A stretch of 62,291 nt of DNA, counting the filler. It is 2 parts of 2 records of this genome, joined end to end, with 100 filler letters (N's around TTAATTAATTAA, not from the genome) between each part and the next. Parts side by side here need not be neighbours in the genome. Positions count along the whole stretch, not along the records: positions 30,595 to 62,291 come from SRR31156797_120; 1 more part is not named here. The stretch is one strand, 5' to 3'. Shown here piece after piece: positions 56,301-62,291 of the stretch (the stretch's first letter is position 1; each line of letters begins with the position of its first letter). The position numbers and the translations under genes are program-made. The notes beneath the pieces were generated by a model that was not told where the DNA came from, did not search any database, and saw only the letters and a list, made by a program, of their open reading frames with translations.

Positions 56301-57567
56301 AATAGATACTTCTAGTTTTCGAGTTCTCTATGTTGAAGATGAAGATTTAGCAAGAGAAAAATTTGGAAAGTTTTTAAGAAGAAGATTTGGAGAAGTAGAA
56401 CTTTGTGCAAATGGTGTTGAAGGTTTTATGAAGTTTCAAGAAAATTTTACTAAAAACCAAAAATATGATTTAATAATTAGTGATATAAATATGCCTAAAA
56501 TGGATGGCTTAGAACTATTAGAAGGTATCAGGGAATATGATAAAGAAGTTCCTACTATTTTTATTACAGCTAGATCTGAATCAGAACAGATGTTAAAAGC
56601 TATTAACCTTCATGTGGAAAGTTATATTTTAAAACCAATTGATTTTGATATTGTAAATCAAAAGCTTGATAAAGTTTGTAAAGATATTTTCTATCAAAAA
56701 ATGTATGATAAACAACAACAAGAGGTAAAAACATATCTTGATATTATCAATCAAGAAGCACTAGTTTCAAAAACTAATGCAAAAGGTGAAATCACATTTG
56801 TAAATGATGGATTTTGTGAAGTTTCAGGTTTTACAAAAGAAGAGTTAATTGGTTCAAATCATAATATAGTAAGACACCCAGAAGTTTCAAAAGAGTTTTT
56901 TTCTGAAATGTGGGAAACAATTACATCTGGTAAAATTTGGAATGGAATACATAAAAATAAAGCCAAAGATGGAAGTACATATTATGTAAACTCAAAGATT
57001 TTTCCTATATTTGAATTAGGAAATAAAGAGATTAAAGAGTTTATGGCTGTAAGATTTTTAGTGACAGATGTTGAGAATCAGAAAAGAGAAAGCCACAAAA
57101 ATTTCTTAAGTCAAATCACAAGCTATAAGATGGCTGTAAGCAATGCTTTAAAAGGAAAAGAAGCATTAGAAAAAAGAATCAAAGATTTAGAAACAACTGT
57201 AACTAATATAAATGAAAGATATAGAGTTAGTGAATCAAAAAGAAAAGAGCTTCATGGACAACTAGAGGCTTATGAGAAAAACAATTTAGAGTACAACAAA
57301 ATGGAGCTTATGTCTAAAAGAGACAAAACAAAACAATTTGAGGAGATTCATAAAGCCTATAATCAACTAAAAAGTAAGCTAAATAAAGTGGAAAGCGAGT
57401 TGAAAGAGAAAGATGAACAATATCAAAATAAAGTGCAAGAACTTGATGACTTTATTGCTAGAGAATTAAAACTACAAAAAAGAGTTTCAGACTTAAAAGA
57501 TTTAGCAACAAGTCTTCAAAAAGAGAATACACAAGTTTTACAAAACAAATCGAAATTCAATTTTTAA
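56293..57567 (+). CDS. REC-PAS-coiled-coil protein
   Basis: YVEDE, SDINMP; Aer-like PAS HNIVRHP..MWETI..W.G..KNKAKDG; long C-terminal heptad region. Confidence 0.88.
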   Translation: MSEIDTSSFRVLYVEDEDLAREKFGKFLRRRFGEVELCANGVEGFMKFQENFTKNQKYDLIISDINMPKMDGLELLEGIREYDKEVPTIFITARSESEQMLKAINLHVESYILKPIDFDIVNQKLDKVCKDIFYQKMYDKQQQEVKTYLDIINQEALVSKTNAKGEITFVNDGFCEVSGFTKEELIGSNHNIVRHPEVSKEFFSEMWETITSGKIWNGIHKNKAKDGSTYYVNSKIFPIFELGNKEIKEFMAVRFLVTDVENQKRESHKNFLSQITSYKMAVSNALKGKEALEKRIKDLETTVTNINERYRVSESKRKELHGQLEAYEKNNLEYNKMELMSKRDKTKQFEEIHKAYNQLKSKLNKVESELKEKDEQYQNKVQELDDFIARELKLQKRVSDLKDLATSLQKENTQVLQNKSKFNF

Positions 57568-57569
57568 AA

Positions 57570-59126
57570 TTATTTAGGCAAGATTATCTCAAATCTTGCC
57601 CCAAGTTCTGCATCTCTAACTCTTAACTTACCATTCATATTTTTATCAACAATAGTTTTTGACATATAAAGCCCAATACCTGTACCATCACTATCTTTTT
57701 TTGTAGTGAAATATGGCTCAAAAATTTTACCTTTTGGTTCCACTTTTATTCCACCACCATTGTCTTCTATACAAATCATTATGTAGTCTTTGTTAAACTC
57801 TTCTGTATAGATTTTTATCCAAGGTTTTTCAACTTTGTTTTCTATTAAAACATCTTTTGCATTTGTGATTATGTTTAATATTACTTGTTGAAATTCATTT
57901 AAATAAGTATTTAAAATAAGCCCATTATCAACACAAATAGTGATGTTAATACTATTATTAGATAAAGCACTAGAAACAATAGTCATAACTGAATCCATTG
58001 CAGTTTTTAAACCAAAAAATTCTTTTTCTTTTTTAGGCATAAAAAAATTTCTGAAATCATCGATTGTATGTGACATGTACTCTAAAACAGTATCTGCTTC
58101 TTTTGATTTTTGTTTCATTATATCATCATCAAGTTGTCCCATATTGTATTTAAATTTTACAAACATAAATATAGTTGAAAGTTCTGATAAAGGCTGCCTC
58201 CATTGATGTGCAATATTTGATATCATTTCCCCTAAAGCAATAAACTTCGACTTTTGAACAAGTAACTGTTCATGTTCTCTATTTTTTTCAATCTCCTCTT
58301 CAACTCTTCTTTCTAAGGTTTCATTTAATTCTTTTAAAGCTCTTGACTTAGACTGAACACTTTGTTGGTATTTTCTAAAAAATTCATCAATTTTTTGAGA
58401 TACTAAAATTGAGATTACTATTGCCATTGTAAGAAATAGTACAAAAAGAAGAATATTTTGGAAAACTTGATTTTGTACCCTTTTTATCAAATGCTCTTTA
58501 CTTGTTTCTATATCTTTTTCAATATCATCAACATATATTCCAACGGCAATAACCCAATTCCATCTAGGGAAATATTTAAAATAAGAAAGTTTTTGTTTTA
58601 CTTCATTTGTATAAACTTTGTTGTATGCGTATTCAGTATAAGATTCTCCATGAATTCTAATCTCTTGCATAAACTCTTCTCTAAATTTTTTACCATTTTC
58701 ATCTTTATAGTTTGTAGATATTTTTTCGCTTATTAAATCTGGTCTATTTGGATTAACTAAAAGTTTTGCAAAATCATCGCCACCATTTATATCTAAAATT
58801 TCATACACAAAAATATAATTACTTTTATCTCTGTCAAATTTTATATTGTTTAAAAGTCTTACTGTATCTGCTTTTAACTCAGTTTCATCCTCATCACTTT
58901 TTGTTGCATTATAATTAATAATATCAATAATAGTATTTATCTCTTTTTTCAAAATACTTTTTTGATTTCTATATTTATCTTGAACAAACTTGTCCATCTG
59001 TCTACCAAAATCTTCATATGTATTGCTAACATAAAAGTATGAAATCATTAAAATCATAGAAGTCATGATAATAATAAACACATAAATGATGATTTTTGAA
59101 ATATTTTTCTCAGTAATAAACTTCAA
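57570..59126 (-). CDS. Cache-domain membrane histidine kinase
   Basis: TM-Cache(YIFVY..DENGK..WNWVIAVGIY)-TM; IAHQWRQP; DNGGG; GTGIGLY. Confidence 0.92.
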   Translation of the reverse strand: MKFITEKNISKIIIYVFIIIMTSMILMISYFYVSNTYEDFGRQMDKFVQDKYRNQKSILKKEINTIIDIINYNATKSDEDETELKADTVRLLNNIKFDRDKSNYIFVYEILDINGGDDFAKLLVNPNRPDLISEKISTNYKDENGKKFREEFMQEIRIHGESYTEYAYNKVYTNEVKQKLSYFKYFPRWNWVIAVGIYVDDIEKDIETSKEHLIKRVQNQVFQNILLFVLFLTMAIVISILVSQKIDEFFRKYQQSVQSKSRALKELNETLERRVEEEIEKNREHEQLLVQKSKFIALGEMISNIAHQWRQPLSELSTIFMFVKFKYNMGQLDDDIMKQKSKEADTVLEYMSHTIDDFRNFFMPKKEKEFFGLKTAMDSVMTIVSSALSNNSINITICVDNGLILNTYLNEFQQVILNIITNAKDVLIENKVEKPWIKIYTEEFNKDYIMICIEDNGGGIKVEPKGKIFEPYFTTKKDSDGTGIGLYMSKTIVDKNMNGKLRVRDAELGARFEIILPK

Positions 59127-59186
59127 TTCAACTTCCGTAAAATGGTTTTTTGATATGATAGCATATCTTTTATAATAAGGCTTTGT

Positions 59187-59870
59187 ATGGATAAATCATT
59201 AGTTTCAAAACTTAGTGGCTTCACTTTACTATATGTTGAAGATGAAGAGGGAATCAGAAATAATATTTACGAAATATTAAGACACCTTTTTAAAAAAACA
59301 TTTGTTGCAAAAAATGCAAAAGAGGCTTACAATATGTATGAATCTAATCGTCCAGATTTGATTATTACAGATATAAAAATGCCAAATGAAACAGGACTTG
59401 AACTTATAAAAAAAATCAGAAAAAGAGATAGCAAAGTTAGAGTTGTAATAACTTCAGCTTATACTGATTTAGACTATATGCTTGAAGCTACAGAGCTTCA
59501 TTTAGTAAAATATATTATTAAACCCATAACAGAAGATAAACTAGACGAAGCTTTAGAAGCATTTATAAAAAGCTACGATAACTCAAAACTTTATAGCCTA
59601 AAAGAGGGTTGGATTTTTGATGCTAGTAAGTCTATTATTCAAGAGGGAGAAAATGAATATAAACTTACTAAAAAAGAGAATCAGTTTCTAAAACTTTTAA
59701 TAAAGAAAAATAGAATCATCACTTATGAAGAGATGGAAAATGTAATCTGGAGTGAGGATAATATTATGACTCCAAATGCAATGAGACTTTTTATTAAAAA
59801 CTTTAGAAAGAAGCTTCCAATAGATTCTCTAAGAAATGTTCAAGGAACAGGATATAGACTAGTTCTATAA
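59187..59870 (+). CDS. OmpR-family response regulator
   Basis: YVEDE, TDIKMP, IKP; MRLFIKNFRKK..GTGYRL. Confidence 0.92.
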   Translation: MDKSLVSKLSGFTLLYVEDEEGIRNNIYEILRHLFKKTFVAKNAKEAYNMYESNRPDLIITDIKMPNETGLELIKKIRKRDSKVRVVITSAYTDLDYMLEATELHLVKYIIKPITEDKLDEALEAFIKSYDNSKLYSLKEGWIFDASKSIIQEGENEYKLTKKENQFLKLLIKKNRIITYEEMENVIWSEDNIMTPNAMRLFIKNFRKKLPIDSLRNVQGTGYRLVL

Positions 59871-60668
59871 ATCCTGTTCTATCATTTTTGACTCATCAAT
59901 TCCTCTTAATCTCATCAACTCTTGAAAATATGCATGTCCCAAATAGATTATAAAAAATACTGCTGAGAATAACATCAAAGATGGTATTAAAGATAAAAAA
60001 TACAAGAACAGCGTTCTAAATCTAAAAGATATGGCTTTTCTTGAATGAATAAGTGCATATTCATCTTGTGTTAAAATAGTTGAAGCAACATCATGATTTA
60101 ACATCTTATGGAAAAAATAGTAAAAAGGCAGATTTATAGCTATAATATTAACCAATGGAATAAAATATAATGGTATAAAAAGTATAAATAAACCTATCAT
60201 TACTAAAAAACTTCTAAGTGCAATCCAAATTGGAGTCATCATTGAACCAAAACCACTCATTTGGATATTAGGATAGTGTCTTTTTTGTAATACACTTAAA
60301 ATCATTGGAGTTAAAAAACCTATAATTAAAACAGTAATAATTACTGAAAACATCATAACAAAAACTGTTCCAACTGTATATACTAAGAAGCCAACTAACC
60401 AAGATGTAATAGAGTATTTAAATAAAAATGCAATTACTGTAGTCATCCAAACATAAAAAAATGGCGCTTGTTCATCTATAACAACATTTTGTCCATTTTG
60501 TGTTTGTTGAATATAAATCTCCAATGAATCAAATCCATATCCTGCTGCTGCATAAAAAATCAATAACATAATTACAAAAGTAGCAACTAATGGAACTATT
60601 GCAATTTTTAACATAGGTTTTGTAAAAAAGTCTTTTAAACTCAAACCAATCATTTGTCCCTCTAACAT
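59865..60668 (-). CDS. EI24/CysZ-like (DUF540) membrane protein
   Basis: Multi-TM; GFLTP, KRHY, PLYFIPLVN; TGATG overlap with upstream gene. Confidence 0.75.
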   Translation of the reverse strand: MLEGQMIGLSLKDFFTKPMLKIAIVPLVATFVIMLLIFYAAAGYGFDSLEIYIQQTQNGQNVVIDEQAPFFYVWMTTVIAFLFKYSITSWLVGFLVYTVGTVFVMMFSVIITVLIIGFLTPMILSVLQKRHYPNIQMSGFGSMMTPIWIALRSFLVMIGLFILFIPLYFIPLVNIIAINLPFYYFFHKMLNHDVASTILTQDEYALIHSRKAISFRFRTLFLYFLSLIPSLMLFSAVFFIIYLGHAYFQELMRLRGIDESKMIEQDL

Positions 60669-61552
60669 CAAATATCCTTTTTATCAAATCTAGTTCTATA
60701 TTCACATTTTTGGCAAAATTCTTCTACTAAAATGTTTTCTTTAAAACCTTTTTTTATATCTATCACTTTTTTTGAATTAAGTATTTTATCCAAAGAAAGA
60801 TTGTTTATATTTCCTAAGTTCACAACTGCATCTTTATCTAAACAGCAAGGAACAACTTCTCCATTACTTAAAATACCAAAATGGGAATCAAGTCCATAAC
60901 ATGTCCCAGTTTTAGATACAACTTCATTATCTAAACTTGGCCAATTAAAGTACTCATCAAAATGAAAGAATACCATTCTTGCTATTTTTATATTTTTAGG
61001 TTTATTTGAATAGATATCATCAATATCTATGTTACTGTCAAACCTTTTATTTACCTCATCGAAAACTTGTGAATTAAACTGCTTTGCACTCATAGTTTCA
61101 TCAAGATTCCAAATTCTTAGATTGATAAAAAAGTGTTGCTCTTTTTCAATACAAAAATCAATAAAATCCAAGATTGGTGTAATATACTCTTGTAGCGATT
61201 TTTTATGAGAGTTTGCATTATAAGAGTTTATTGAAAAATTTATTTGTTTTATTGTTTTATTCATCAAAACATTAAAATGTTTCTTCTCTAAGTTATTTGC
61301 AGTTGTTGTTATATTTACTTTCAAGTTATGTTTTAAACTAATATTTAAGTACTCTTCTAAGTTACTTAAAACTAAAGGATCACCAACAATATGATAAGCC
61401 AACTCTTTAGTATATGGTTTTAATTGTGCATTTATTTCATCAAATGTATCTAAAGGCATAATTTTATTTGGCAATGTTTTAGGTGGACAAAATGTGCACT
61501 TTAGATTACATATATTACTTACTTCAATATGTACTTTTCTAAATTTTTTAAT
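60668..61552 (-). CDS. Radical SAM / SPASM-twitch protein, probable ATT start
   Basis: CNLKCTFC at 61510-61487, upstream of the ORF-track start; C-terminal CYG..VPCCLD..CQKC. Confidence 0.88.
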   Translation of the reverse strand: MKKFRKVHIEVSNICNLKCTFCPPKTLPNKIMPLDTFDEINAQLKPYTKELAYHIVGDPLVLSNLEEYLNISLKHNLKVNITTTANNLEKKHFNVLMNKTIKQINFSINSYNANSHKKSLQEYITPILDFIDFCIEKEQHFFINLRIWNLDETMSAKQFNSQVFDEVNKRFDSNIDIDDIYSNKPKNIKIARMVFFHFDEYFNWPSLDNEVVSKTGTCYGLDSHFGILSNGEVVPCCLDKDAVVNLGNINNLSLDKILNSKKVIDIKKGFKENILVEEFCQKCEYRTRFDKKDI

Positions 61553-61560
61553 AATTTATC

Positions 61561-62100
61561 CTATTTCAATAAATATGGCAAATCTCTTTGTAAAGACTCT
61601 AATAAATCTTCATTTAAAAAAAACTGAGCATATTCTTTTTCTTTGTTTTTGTATGCAAAAGCACAAACATATCTATTTCTTCTAAGTAGTTCAAGAGTTT
61701 GTTCTAGCATAACTTTCTTATCTTCACTAGAGTTTTGATAATGTTCGAATATTTGTTTTAAAGGTTTTTCATAATTTGTGTCTTTGAAAAATACAACATT
61801 GTCTTCTAATAATTCAATCACATTTTCATCATTTGTTTTGATATTGAAAAATGCTTCTTTTATATCTTCCATTCTAAGGTCAAACTTATATCCTAAAAGA
61901 AGAATCTCTTTAAAGTTTTCTATACTGTTTTCTTGAAAATAATATTGAAGTAAAAGAGTTAAATAGTGGTCTTTTACATCATCATCAAAACCTTCTATAT
62001 ATTCTAAAACATATTCAGTATCTTCTATTTTTCCATCATCAAGTAAAGTTTTATGTATCATTGTAACTTGTGCAATCACTTCATGTAATCTGTCACTCAT
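61561..62100 (-). CDS. Hypothetical acidic protein
   Basis: ATG 62100 after AAGGAG; tightly packed operon. Confidence 0.75.
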   Translation of the reverse strand: MSDRLHEVIAQVTMIHKTLLDDGKIEDTEYVLEYIEGFDDDVKDHYLTLLLQYYFQENSIENFKEILLLGYKFDLRMEDIKEAFFNIKTNDENVIELLEDNVVFFKDTNYEKPLKQIFEHYQNSSEDKKVMLEQTLELLRRNRYVCAFAYKNKEKEYAQFFLNEDLLESLQRDLPYLLK

Positions 62101-62101
62101 A

Positions 62102-62290
62102 TTATTCTCCTTTTTCAAAAGGTATTTTTAGTTTAAAACATGCAGAGTTATATGTAGTATTATTATACTCTATTTGTTCATTGTTTACTTCTATCTTACC
62201 ATTTAAATGCTTCATAATATTTTCACACATATAAAGCCCTATTCCCGTACCTTGATAATTGTGTTTTGTAGTAAAATATGGTTCAAAGAT
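62102..62290 (-). CDS. C-terminus of a histidine kinase (partial, runs off window)
   Basis: IFEPYFTTKHNYQGTGIGLYMCENI...LNGKIEV. Confidence 0.88.
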   Translation of the reverse strand: MFEPYFTTKHNYQGTGIGLYMCENIMKHLNGKIEVNNEQIEYNNTTYNSACFKLKIPFEKGE

Positions 62291-62291
62291 T

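Noticed and set aside
1-62291. tRNA, rRNA, CRISPR arrays, transposases, integrases or phage genes
   Set aside because: None recognised by eye; tRNAscan-SE, Infernal and CRISPR finders would be needed to exclude them formally

Overview
The window is two unrelated contigs joined by an artificial 100-bp spacer (N44-TTAATTAATTAA-N44, 30495-30594). Segment A (1-30494) looks like a spore-forming Clostridia-type Firmicute. It carries MarR-fetAB, a CiaRH-like two-component system facing a MacAB/YknXYZ-type efflux operon with two large adaptor proteins, an eetA/eetB-like pair with a flippase, an orphan kinase, DUF1893-DUF3842-ECF S component, the yqfC-yqfD-phoH-pgpH-ybeY-cdd-era-recO-yicC-gmk block, TetR/SDR, ppa and an ABC-2 exporter. 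Segment B (30595-62291) looks like Arcobacteraceae (Campylobacterota). It carries the dctM 3' end, an accessory region (NAD-dependent LDH, two TonB receptors with esterase, PepSY and a two-component system, mntP/zupT, MFS-AraC-SDR), a dense FIST/kinase/HD-GYP signalling cluster and a radical SAM gene. The most striking unannotated signal is a 37-aa hydrophobic micro-ORF (48833-48946, minus strand). It has its own RBS, extended -10 and terminator, and sits under two CIRCE-like (HrcA) operators and a perfect HAIR-like (HspR) palindrome, an architecture normally seen at groESL-type chaperone promoters. Several regulator-binding motifs can also be read directly from the sequence. No rRNA, tRNA, CRISPR array or intact mobile element was seen. 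All family and taxon assignments come from motif recognition, not database searches.
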